Shown here: positions 26,012 through 34,318 of the stretch, one piece after another
Layout of the letters: each line of letters starts with the position of its first letter
How positions within the stretch are numbered: position 1 is the stretch's first letter
Assembly: GCA_023132155.1 (NCBI GenBank)
Contig: JAGLYP010000028.1
Span: forward strand, 1 to 63,759
Length of the DNA: 63,759 bases
DNA from: Candidatus Parcubacteria bacterium
GTDB lineage: Bacteria > Patescibacteriota > Patescibacteriia > Patescibacteriales > UBA12075
Direction of reading: 5' to 3'
Notes under the pieces: generated by a model
The model's input: only the letters and a program-made list of their open reading frames with translations
Told to the model about the DNA's origin: nothing
Database searches by the model: none
Position numbers and translations under genes: made by a program

Positions 26012-26048
26012 ATGCTAATACTGCGAATATATGCTAATGACGCGAATA
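26012..26048 (+). repeat. ATGCTAAT-N3-GCGAATA direct repeats (two units, 19-nt period)
   Basis: The units are ATGCTAATACTGCGAATA and ATGCTAATGACGCGAATA. This is the same motif as at 24205-24303. Confidence 0.6.
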
Positions 26049-26070
26049 AATAATGTGTAAAATTTAATAT

Positions 26071-27246
26071 ATGGAAAAAACTAATAATAAAATAATTTTA
26101 ATTGTTGTGTTGGCGACAATATTCGGAATGTTAAGCGGATTAGTCGGCGCGGTTATTGCCAGAGTTTATGTTTTGGAAAAGGCTTTTAATGTTCCGCTTT
26201 TTGGGGAAATAAATTTATCCGGAGATATGTTGAATTCGCAAAGATTGATTATCAGAGACGCGAAAAAAGTTATTGTTGAGCAAAATAGCAAGGTTCAAGA
26301 AACCATAAATTCAGCGGGAAACAGCATCGCGGCGATTTTTGAAAAAAAGAAAACAACAAATGAAAAACCGGATAAAAGCGTAAAAAATATTATTGAATCG
26401 GCTTATAATTTGAAAAATGAAATCGGGCAAGGCTTGATTATCACCAGCGATGGATGGATTATTTCCAGCTATACCCCGAAAGCGTATAGCAGCGATATTG
26501 CCACAAAAACCAGAGAAAGCGTAATTGATAACTATGTAATTATTGACAGCAATAAAAAAGTGTATTCAGTTGAAAATATCATATTGGACACGACCTCTAA
26601 TTATTCTTTTTGGAAAATAAAAGCCAATGATTTGCCGGTTAAAGCCTTTGCTGAAACAAATAATATCCATAACGGCCAATTAGTTTTGGCTGTCAACTGG
26701 GATGGAAGCTCTTTTTTATCAACAATTGTTGAAAAAAACGAGAAAGATAAAAAACTCTACAAGACAAGCGATAATTTTTTTAATAAAATTAAGCTTTCCG
26801 CGGTTCCGGATGATAATTTTTTTGGTTCTTTTGTTTTTAATCTTAACAATGATTTAGTCGCGTTAATTAATAATGAGGGCGAAATTAGATTGATAAGCGA
26901 TTTCGCGCCTTGCATAAATTGTTTGTTAAGCAAAAGGGAAATAAAATATCCCGAATTAGGAATAAATTATCTTGATTTATCGGAATTTTTATTTGATAGC
27001 AAAAATATCGCCGGCAAGGGCGCTTTGCTTTATCCTGATGAAAAAGGCATAGCAATAAAGGTGGGCAGTCCGGCTGAAAAAATCGGATTAAAAAACGGGG
27101 ATATAATTTTGTCAATTAATGATATTTTAATAGATGAAAAAAATAAACTGGAAGATATTATGAAAAAGTTTTTCGTAAATGATGAAATTTTAATTAAATA
27201 TTTAAGAGACGGCAAAGAATTTGAAGTAAAAATTCAATTTGACTAA
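26071..27246 (+). CDS. membrane-anchored HtrA/DegP-like protein with PDZ domain; catalytic triad apparently lost
   Basis: An N-terminal TM span is followed by GQGLIITSDGWIISS at the position of GSGfii..dGyilTNaHV. NFFGSFVFNLNNDLVAL occupies the position of GNSGGpl.n..G.viG. The PDZ segment reads GIAIKVGSPAEKIGLKNGDIILSINDILI. Confidence 0.6.
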   Translation: MEKTNNKIILIVVLATIFGMLSGLVGAVIARVYVLEKAFNVPLFGEINLSGDMLNSQRLIIRDAKKVIVEQNSKVQETINSAGNSIAAIFEKKKTTNEKPDKSVKNIIESAYNLKNEIGQGLIITSDGWIISSYTPKAYSSDIATKTRESVIDNYVIIDSNKKVYSVENIILDTTSNYSFWKIKANDLPVKAFAETNNIHNGQLVLAVNWDGSSFLSTIVEKNEKDKKLYKTSDNFFNKIKLSAVPDDNFFGSFVFNLNNDLVALINNEGEIRLISDFAPCINCLLSKREIKYPELGINYLDLSEFLFDSKNIAGKGALLYPDEKGIAIKVGSPAEKIGLKNGDIILSINDILIDEKNKLEDIMKKFFVNDEILIKYLRDGKEFEVKIQFD

Positions 27247-27312
27247 AAAGGTAAAAAAATGTAATATATAATTGATGTTAAAGAAAATATTTTAAGAAAA
27301 AAAGTCGAGGAT

Positions 27313-29121
27313 ATGGCACTCGTCTTTTTTAAATATATGGAAAATATTAGAAATTTTTGCGTAATCGCGCATATTGACCATGGCAAATCAACTTTAGCCG
27401 ACAGAATGCTTGAATTAACTGAAACTATTGATAAAAGAAAAATGAAAAACCAGATATTAGATCAAATGGACATAGAAAGGGAAAGGGGGATTACGATTAA
27501 GCTGCAGCCTGTTACCATGAAATATAACGGTTATATATTGAATTTAATTGATACCCCCGGGCATGTTGACTTTAATTATGAAGTTTCCAGAAGTTTGGCG
27601 GCTGTGGAAGGCGCCATTTTATTGGTGGACGCGACACAGGGAATCCAGGCGCAAACTCTGGCAAATTTATATTTGGCGATAGAGCAAGATTTAACTATAA
27701 TTCCTGTCGCAAATAAGATTGATTTGCCGGCGGCCGACAAGGGCAAAACCGAACGGGAAATTGTTGAGCTTCTGGGATGTGATAAGTCTGAAATTATTTA
27801 CGCTTCCGGCAAAACAGGAGAAGGTGTTAAAGATATACTGGACGCGGTTATTAAGCGCGTTCCCTGTCCTAAAAATCAAAGCGATAAAAATTACGCGCGG
27901 GCGCTTATTTTTGATTCAAATTACGATGAATACAAGGGAGTGGTGGCTTATGCGAGAATGGTTGACGGCAGCATTAAAAAGGGAGACAAAATAAAATTAC
28001 TGGCTACCGGCGCGGAAAGCGAAGCTCTGGATGCGGGAATTTTTAAGCCGGCTTATCATTCAACGGGAGAATTAAAAACAGGTGAGATCGGTTATATTGT
28101 TACCGGGTTTAAAAACGTTAATGAATGCAGGGTTGGCGATACGATTACTTTGTTAAAAAATTTTTCCGATGTTGATTTGCTTAAAGGCTATAACGAAGCT
28201 AAGCCGATGGTTTTTGCCGGGATTTTTCCCAAAGAAGGCAATGAATACGGGGAATTGCGAGAAGCGATTGATCGTTTAAAGTTAAATGACGCGGCCTTGG
28301 TTTATGAGCCGGAACATTCGCATGCTTTAGGCTTTGGTTTTAGATGCGGTTTTCTTGGAATACTTCATTTGGAAATTTTCCAGGAAAGATTAAGGCGGGA
28401 ATTTAATTTGGAACTAATCGTAACACTTCCAAGCGTTGCGTATCAAGTATATTTGAAAAACAACGAAAAATTTATTATGCGTACGCCTCAGCAGTTTCCG
28501 GCACGGGAGAAAATTGAAAAAATTGAAGAACCGTGGGTAACTTTGGATATTATCACCCCGAAAGAATATGTAGGCAATATTATGAGTTTGGCTCAAGAAA
28601 GGCGAGGGGTGTACAAAAATACCGAGTATATTGATGAAACTCGGGCGATTCTGCACTATAATATTCCCATGAGTATGATTTTAACTGATTTTTATGATAA
28701 AATTAAAAGCGTTAGTTCGGGATACGCGTCAATAAACTATGAATTTTCAGATTACAGAGAAGCTAAAGTAATTAAAATGGACATTTTGGTGGCTGAAGAA
28801 AATGTTGAGGCTTTGGCCACGATTGTTTACGAGGACGATGCGTTTAGGCGCGGAAAGGAAATTGTCAGCATTTTAAAGACAAGCATGCCTAAGCAGATGT
28901 TTGTTTTAAAATTGCAGGCGGCAATAGGCGGAAAAGTAATCGCCGGCGAAAGGCTTTCGGCTATGCGCAAAGACGTAACCGCCAAGCTTTACGGAGGAGA
29001 TGTCAGCCGTAAAAAAAAATTACTGGAAAAGCAAAAAAAAGGAAAGAAAAAAATGATGGCCGCCGGCAAGGGAAGCGTGGATATTCCCAGTGAAACTTTT
29101 GTTAAGTTGTTAAAAAAATAG
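27313..29121 (+). CDS. lepA: translation elongation factor 4 (LepA)
   Basis: IRNFCVIAHIDHGKSTLADR, LIDTPGHVDF and NKIDL are the GTPase motifs. The LepA-specific C-terminus reads LYGGDVSRKKKLLEKQKKGKKKM. The start may instead be the ATG at 27337. Confidence 0.95.
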   Translation: MALVFFKYMENIRNFCVIAHIDHGKSTLADRMLELTETIDKRKMKNQILDQMDIERERGITIKLQPVTMKYNGYILNLIDTPGHVDFNYEVSRSLAAVEGAILLVDATQGIQAQTLANLYLAIEQDLTIIPVANKIDLPAADKGKTEREIVELLGCDKSEIIYASGKTGEGVKDILDAVIKRVPCPKNQSDKNYARALIFDSNYDEYKGVVAYARMVDGSIKKGDKIKLLATGAESEALDAGIFKPAYHSTGELKTGEIGYIVTGFKNVNECRVGDTITLLKNFSDVDLLKGYNEAKPMVFAGIFPKEGNEYGELREAIDRLKLNDAALVYEPEHSHALGFGFRCGFLGILHLEIFQERLRREFNLELIVTLPSVAYQVYLKNNEKFIMRTPQQFPAREKIEKIEEPWVTLDIITPKEYVGNIMSLAQERRGVYKNTEYIDETRAILHYNIPMSMILTDFYDKIKSVSSGYASINYEFSDYREAKVIKMDILVAEENVEALATIVYEDDAFRRGKEIVSILKTSMPKQMFVLKLQAAIGGKVIAGERLSAMRKDVTAKLYGGDVSRKKKLLEKQKKGKKKMMAAGKGSVDIPSETFVKLLKK

Positions 29122-29123
29122 AC

Positions 29124-29237
29124 TTTTGTCATTGCGAGCGCCAGCGAAGCAATCCCGTGGTTCTTGTATTGCCCGCTGTTAATCCGCACATGATATTCTG
29201 TGGCACGGGATTGCTTCGCAAGCTCGCAATGACAAAA
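29124..29237. mobile_element. MITE-like hairpin element with TGTCATTGCGAGC... terminal inverted repeats
   Basis: The left arm is TTTTGTCATTGCGAGCGCCAGCGAAGCAATCCCGTG and the right arm is CACGGGATTGCTTCGCAAGCTCGCAATGACAAAA, which is imperfect in the middle. The core is about 45 nt. The element begins 3 nt after the lepA stop codon. Confidence 0.7.
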
Positions 29238-29430
29238 ATTCGTAATTCGTAGAAATTATATGAAGAAAAAAACAATCACAAAAATTATTTGGACGATTCT
29301 TAGCGTGATGATTATTTTTACCATGGTTTTGTGGACGATTGGAGTGGCTTTTATGTAGTCTTGAACTATGATTAAAATGATTAAATGACGGGCTATGATT
29401 TTTTTATTAATAATTATAGCTCAAAGCGAT

Positions 29431-31188
29431 ATGCAAGAAAAAAAATGGCAAATTTTGCCTAAAATTAAAGAAGAAATAATTAGCGAATATTCGGAGTATT
29501 TGCCTTTGGTTTTGCAATTGCTGTATAACCGCGGTATAAAAGGAAAAGAGGAAATAAAATATTTTTTAGAAGGGGATTATGAAAAAAATTCTCATGATCC
29601 TTTTTTATTTCAGGATATGAAACAGGCGGTTGATTTAACGATTGACCATATTAAAAAAGGCAACAAAATAACCATATACGGCGATTATGATGCTGACGGC
29701 GTAACCTCTTCCGCGATTTTGGTTGAGCTTTTCAAGCTGTTTAAGGCTGACACGGATGTTTATATCCCGCATCGCGTAAACGAAGGCTATGGCGTAAATA
29801 GATCGGCGGTTGATTTGATCGCGAAAAATAACACAAAACTGATTATTACGGTTGACACCGGCATAAGAAGCAAAAAAGAAATCGCTTACGCGAGAGAGTC
29901 GGGAATTGATGTTATTGTTACGGATCACCATGTTCCGCCAAATGAATTAAGCGAATATCCCGAATGCCTGATTATCAACCCGGCTATTACCGCGGATAAA
30001 TATCCTGACAATTTTTTGTCAGGCGCAGGAGTGGCGTTTAAATTTGCCAAGGCGCTGATTGACAGCTCAAAGCTCCGCGAAGAAGACAGGCAAAATTTAA
30101 GTTATAGATTCTTGGATTTAGTCGCAATCGGCACGGTCGCGGATTGCGTAAGCTTAACCGGAGAAAATAGAATTTTAGTTAAAAAAGGTTTGGAAATTTT
30201 AAGCAATACAAAGAGAATCGGGCTAACTTCGCTTTATGAAATAGCGAAAATAAACGATAACAATAAAATTGATACATGGAATATCGGTTTTCAGATCGCG
30301 CCCAGATTAAACGCCGCCGGACGGCTTGACCATGCCAATACGGCTTATCAATTATTAATTACCAAGGATATAGATGAAGCAAAAAAGTTAGCCCAAGAAT
30401 TAAATAACAGCAATCAGGAAAGACAGCAAATCACCGATGAAATATTTTTGGAAGTGGAAGAACAAATTAATATTAAAAATGATAATATTTTAATCGGGAT
30501 TTATAATTTAGAGAATAATAAGCCAGAAAAAAAAACGGCTTGGAACGAAGGCGTAGTCGGCTTGGTGGCCGGAAAAATAGCCAATAAATATTTTCGCCCT
30601 TCTTTGGTGATTACCAAAACGGAAAACGGCTATAAAGGTTCAGGCAGAAGCATCCCTTGCTTTAATTTAATTAAAGCGATTGAACAATGCGCGGATTTTT
30701 TAGATAAATACGGCGGGCATCCCCAAGCCTGCGGCTTTAGTTTTTCTGAAAAAAATTTAGATAATTTTGTCAATAAAATCAAAAACCTTGCCAAAAAAGA
30801 AATCACAGAAGGTATGATGAAGCCGATAATTAAAATTGACGCGATTTTGAATTTTGAAAAAATAGACGAAGATTTATATGAAAAAATAAGCGCGCTCGCG
30901 CCTTACGGACAGGGCAATGAACGGCCGGTTTTTTTAAGCGAGAATATAAAAATATTTGATATTATGACAATGGGAATGGAAGGACAGCACATAAAGTTTA
31001 AATTAAAAAATGACAAATCCGGCTTTATAAACGCAATCAGCTTCGGCGGCTCTGAAAGATGGAAAAATTTCGCGATTGGTGATATTATTAATATTGTGTA
31101 TAATTTGGATTTGAATGTTTTTAATGGACGCAGCGAGGTGCAGTTGAAGGTGGTTGATATTAAGAAAGAAAAAAGGGAGCACTTGTAA
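29431..31188 (+). CDS. recJ: single-stranded-DNA-specific exonuclease RecJ
   Basis: The DHH motifs are IYGDYDADGVTS, VDTGI and VTDHH. DHHA1 (GGH..A.G) and the C-terminal OB-like region are present. The start is set at ATG 29431 (MQEKKWQI); the ORF is open from 29395. Confidence 0.9.
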   Translation: MQEKKWQILPKIKEEIISEYSEYLPLVLQLLYNRGIKGKEEIKYFLEGDYEKNSHDPFLFQDMKQAVDLTIDHIKKGNKITIYGDYDADGVTSSAILVELFKLFKADTDVYIPHRVNEGYGVNRSAVDLIAKNNTKLIITVDTGIRSKKEIAYARESGIDVIVTDHHVPPNELSEYPECLIINPAITADKYPDNFLSGAGVAFKFAKALIDSSKLREEDRQNLSYRFLDLVAIGTVADCVSLTGENRILVKKGLEILSNTKRIGLTSLYEIAKINDNNKIDTWNIGFQIAPRLNAAGRLDHANTAYQLLITKDIDEAKKLAQELNNSNQERQQITDEIFLEVEEQINIKNDNILIGIYNLENNKPEKKTAWNEGVVGLVAGKIANKYFRPSLVITKTENGYKGSGRSIPCFNLIKAIEQCADFLDKYGGHPQACGFSFSEKNLDNFVNKIKNLAKKEITEGMMKPIIKIDAILNFEKIDEDLYEKISALAPYGQGNERPVFLSENIKIFDIMTMGMEGQHIKFKLKNDKSGFINAISFGGSERWKNFAIGDIINIVYNLDLNVFNGRSEVQLKVVDIKKEKREHL

Positions 31189-31226
31189 GTACTCCCCGAA
31201 AAAATTGAATTCTTGCTATGGGGCAT

Positions 31227-31391
31227 TTAATTATTATTCCAAAATAATATTCCACCGACTGCGCACATCACCCTATGTGCAAGTCCGATTAGAGAACGTC
31301 CATCATAATCAATCTTCATTAGTTGCTCTCCGCCGCCAATAACAATAACAAGAGCAACCGCCCAAAGTAAAAGCTTTAAATGTTTGTTCAT
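31227..31391 (-). CDS. small membrane/secreted protein (54 aa, below the ORF-track cutoff)
   Basis: Hand translation gives MNKHLKLLLWAVALVIVIGGGEQLMKIDYDGRSLIGLAHRVMCAVGGILFWNNN*. It is preceded by AAAGGAGG 5 nt from the ATG, one of the few strong SD sequences in the window. Confidence 0.55.
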   Translation of the reverse strand: MNKHLKLLLWAVALVIVIGGGEQLMKIDYDGRSLIGLAHRVMCAVGGILFWNNN

Positions 31392-31453
31392 TAGAACCTC
31401 CTTTTTAATGAAATGGTTTGTACGATATTAAAACATAACATAAAATTAAAATA

Positions 31454-31879
31454 ATGTCAAATAAAGCTAAAATAAAACATCAAAAAATTAAAATCTACAC
31501 CGACGGGGGAGCGCGGGGCAATCCCGGGCCGGCCGGAATCGGGGTGGTTGTTTATGACGAAAAAGATGATATTATTGACACCAAATCAGAATACATCGGC
31601 GAGACAACTAATAATCAGGCGGAATATAAAGCGGTTATCGCGGCCTTTGAATTGATTGGTAACTACGAAGTTAACGAAATTAATTTTTTTCTTGACAGTG
31701 AATTGGTGGTAAAACAGCTAAACCGCGAGTATAAAGTAAAAAACAAAGGCTTGTCGCCTTTGTTTGTGAAGGTGTATAACAGCATATTAAAATATAAAAA
31801 AGTTACTTTTACGCATGTGCGCCGGGAATTTAATAAAGAAGCGGACAAATTGGCAAATATTGCTATGGATAATAAATAG
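31454..31879 (+). CDS. rnhA: ribonuclease HI
   Basis: IYTDGGARGNPGPAGIGVV....TNNQAEYKAVI...DSELVVKQ....REFNKEADKLAN supplies the DEDD catalytic pattern of type 1 RNase H. Confidence 0.9.
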   Translation: MSNKAKIKHQKIKIYTDGGARGNPGPAGIGVVVYDEKDDIIDTKSEYIGETTNNQAEYKAVIAAFELIGNYEVNEINFFLDSELVVKQLNREYKVKNKGLSPLFVKVYNSILKYKKVTFTHVRREFNKEADKLANIAMDNK

Positions 31880-31908
31880 ACTTACTGCGTAATAAGTCTA
31901 AAAATTCT

Positions 31909-32526
31909 ATGATGGAGCTTGTAAATTTATTAGTTGAATTCAGCCAGGCAATAGGCTACTTTGGCATTATTTTTTTAATGGCGATTGAAAGCTCGTTTAT
32001 TCCTTTTCCATCGGAAGTAATAATACCGCCGGCCGCTTTTTTAGCGGCGCAAGGAGAATTTAATATATTTTTAGTCGTGTTATTTGGAATTCTTGGAAGT
32101 TTGATCGGCGCATTGATTAATTATTATTTGGCTTTAACTTTGGGCAGAAAGGTTGTTTTTTCTTTGGCAGAAACAAAAACGGCAAAGCTTTTTTTGGTTA
32201 CTCCGAAAAAAATTGAGCGCGCGGAAAATTATTTTTTGCGATATGGAAATATTTCAACTTTTATCTGCCGCTTGGTTCCGGCGGTTCGCCAACTAATATC
32301 AATCCCAGCCGGTTTTTCAAAAATGAAAATTAGGAATTTTTTATTTTTTACCTTTCTGGGTTCATCTACATGGATAATCATTTTGGCAATTCTCGGTTAT
32401 GTTTTCGGCGCCAACGAAGAACTTATGCATTATTTTTATAAAAACATAAAAATAATTTGTATTGCTTTGTTTGTTTTGATAGTTTTGTATATTTTTGTTA
32501 AAAAGATTTTGCGTAAAAGAAAATAG
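31909..32526 (+). CDS. DedA-family membrane protein
   Basis: AIESSFIPFPSEVIIPPAAF, YFLRYGNISTFICRLVPAVRQLISIPAG and 4-5 TM spans fit the family. Confidence 0.85.
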   Translation: MMELVNLLVEFSQAIGYFGIIFLMAIESSFIPFPSEVIIPPAAFLAAQGEFNIFLVVLFGILGSLIGALINYYLALTLGRKVVFSLAETKTAKLFLVTPKKIERAENYFLRYGNISTFICRLVPAVRQLISIPAGFSKMKIRNFLFFTFLGSSTWIIILAILGYVFGANEELMHYFYKNIKIICIALFVLIVLYIFVKKILRKRK

Positions 32527-32567
32527 GCAATCAAGATTTTTTTGACTGCCTATTTAAATGTGTATTA

Positions 32568-32840
32568 CTATTTAAACAGCTTCTTCATTTTAATTTCGAA
32601 TAAATCCGCATCTCTGTAAGTCCCTAGATGTTCAAGATTTTCTATATCCGCGGGGTAACTCTCACCTACGGTTGTTGAAAGAAAATTTCTAGTTTCCATT
32701 TCCGTGATACCGGTGTCAATAAGTACATGTAAATGCGGCCGACGATCAAACGGTGCGTGAACTTTTAAAACATCTGATTTTTTAGGCATATCAATGGAAA
32801 AAAAATTTACGCCAATTCTGTATTCTTTAATAGTAATCAT
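32568..32840 (-). CDS. hypothetical protein (90 aa)
   Basis: The ORF has balanced composition. No motif was recognised. Confidence 0.45.
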   Translation of the reverse strand: MITIKEYRIGVNFFSIDMPKKSDVLKVHAPFDRRPHLHVLIDTGITEMETRNFLSTTVGESYPADIENLEHLGTYRDADLFEIKMKKLFK

Positions 32841-33021
32841 TTTTTTATCTCCTATTTTTTGTTAAAGGTTCTAAATTTCAATTTAATGTTGATACACAAC
32901 TATAGCACATATTCCAATTATGTCAATAATAAATTACCATTATTTAACCAATATTAGCAAAAAGAAATTAAAAAAACTCTAATACTAGAGTAAATTATAA
33001 ATAATATTAATTTGTTTATTC

Positions 33022-33501
33022 TTAAGCGCGTAAGTTCTGCGTTTTAATATTTTTTGCTTTTTCAATAAATAAAATTCCGTCCAAGTGATCTATTTCATGC
33101 TGGAAAACCCTTGCCATTAAGCCCTTTGGGCTTATTTTTTTTTCTTCTCCGTTCCTGTCGGCATAAACGCAGGTTATTTTCGAATTTCTTTTTACTTTCC
33201 CAAAAACATTAGGCACGGATAAACAGCCCTCTTCTCCCCATTCTTTTGACCATGATCTTTTGATTATTTGAGGGTTGATTATATAAAGCGGTCCTTCCTT
33301 GGAGTTTATTATTGCCAAACGGATATTTTTGCCGATTTGCGGCGCGGCCAAGCCGATTCCGTCTTTTTTTATCATTGTCTCGGCCATATCATCGCATAAA
33401 ATCTGAAATTCTTTTGATTTTATAATTTCTTGCGAGATTTTTTGCGATTTCTTTTTTAAAATATCGTTTGGATAAGTTATTATTTTAAGTAATTTTTGCA
33501 T
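33022..33501 (-). CDS. def: peptide deformylase
   Basis: The three deformylase motifs are present: GIGLAAPQIG, EGCLSVP and HEIDHLDG. Confidence 0.95.
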   Translation of the reverse strand: MQKLLKIITYPNDILKKKSQKISQEIIKSKEFQILCDDMAETMIKKDGIGLAAPQIGKNIRLAIINSKEGPLYIINPQIIKRSWSKEWGEEGCLSVPNVFGKVKRNSKITCVYADRNGEEKKISPKGLMARVFQHEIDHLDGILFIEKAKNIKTQNLRA

Positions 33502-33771
33502 ATAATATTAATTTATTTACAAATATATTTTACAGCCTATTTCGTTTTTAGTCAATTTTAAACGATTTGCCTAATAAAAACTTTTTTAAACTGCTCTTTA
33601 CTGGTATAATGTAGATATGTTAACCACCCATGCTATACACTTACATTATTATTAATTGTTTTTTTATTGTTTTAACGAGTGTTTTTTAGCATTTTGATAA
33701 ACGTCCATCCTCTTTGATTTTTTATTTTGATGAGTAATTATTTTTTTTGTCATCTTAACAAGCACCTCCTC

Positions 33772-34237
33772 TTTTGTCATCTCGACGAGCGCAGCGAGGA
33801 GAGATCTATAATACATGAATTATGCAAAAAGACTACAATTTTTACGTCTATGTCGTAAGTAATTTCAAAAGAACTTGTTTTTATATTGGATTTTGTAACG
33901 ATATATTGCGTCGGACAATTGAACACATGTATGGCCTCGGCAGCAGTTACACCAAAAAATACAAAACAAAAGACTTGTTATATTATGAACATTATCAATA
34001 TGTAAATAGCGCAATCTACAGAGAAAAAGAAATAAAAAAATGGCGGAGAGAAAAGAAGTTAGAACTAATAAAAAATAATAACCCAGGGTTAAAAACATTA
34101 AATCAGGAGTTGTTTAATACGCACAGGATAAGCCCAAGAGGCATTCAGGAAATAATAACTATATTAAAAGAGAATTATAGGAATAAGTAATAATATATTA
34201 AAGATCTCTCCTCGCTGCGCTCGTCGAGATGACAAAA
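33772..34237 (+). mobile_element. 466-bp cassette bounded by perfect 36-bp terminal inverted repeats, with a GIY-YIG gene as sole cargo
   Basis: Positions 33772-33807 read TTTTGTCATCTCGACGAGCGCAGCGAGGAGAGATCT, and 34202-34237 are the exact reverse complement (checked base by base). Partial extra end copies lie at 33746-33762 and 34245-34290. Confidence 0.7.
33822..34190 (+). CDS. GIY-YIG nuclease superfamily protein (UPF0213/YhbQ-like)
   Basis: FYVYVVSNFKRTCFYIGFCNDILRRTIEH........Y...L.Y.E....E....A..REKEIKKWRREKK supplies the GIY...YIG, Arg, Glu and KxW-R-KK pattern of small stand-alone GIY-YIG proteins. Confidence 0.85.
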   Translation: MQKDYNFYVYVVSNFKRTCFYIGFCNDILRRTIEHMYGLGSSYTKKYKTKDLLYYEHYQYVNSAIYREKEIKKWRREKKLELIKNNNPGLKTLNQELFNTHRISPRGIQEIITILKENYRNK

Positions 34238-34318
34238 AAAGGGGCTCGTCGAGATGACAAAAAAAGGGGAAAGCTCGTCAAAACGACAAGGAAACAAGAG
34301 CTAATCAATACGAAATAT

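Noticed and set aside
33772-34237. The GIY-YIG gene as a homing endonuclease inside a group I intron
   Set aside because: No host gene is interrupted, since the flanks are intergenic between def and the repeat-protein gene. I could find no intron-like conserved core pairings. The perfect 36-bp terminal inverted repeats point to a different organisation.
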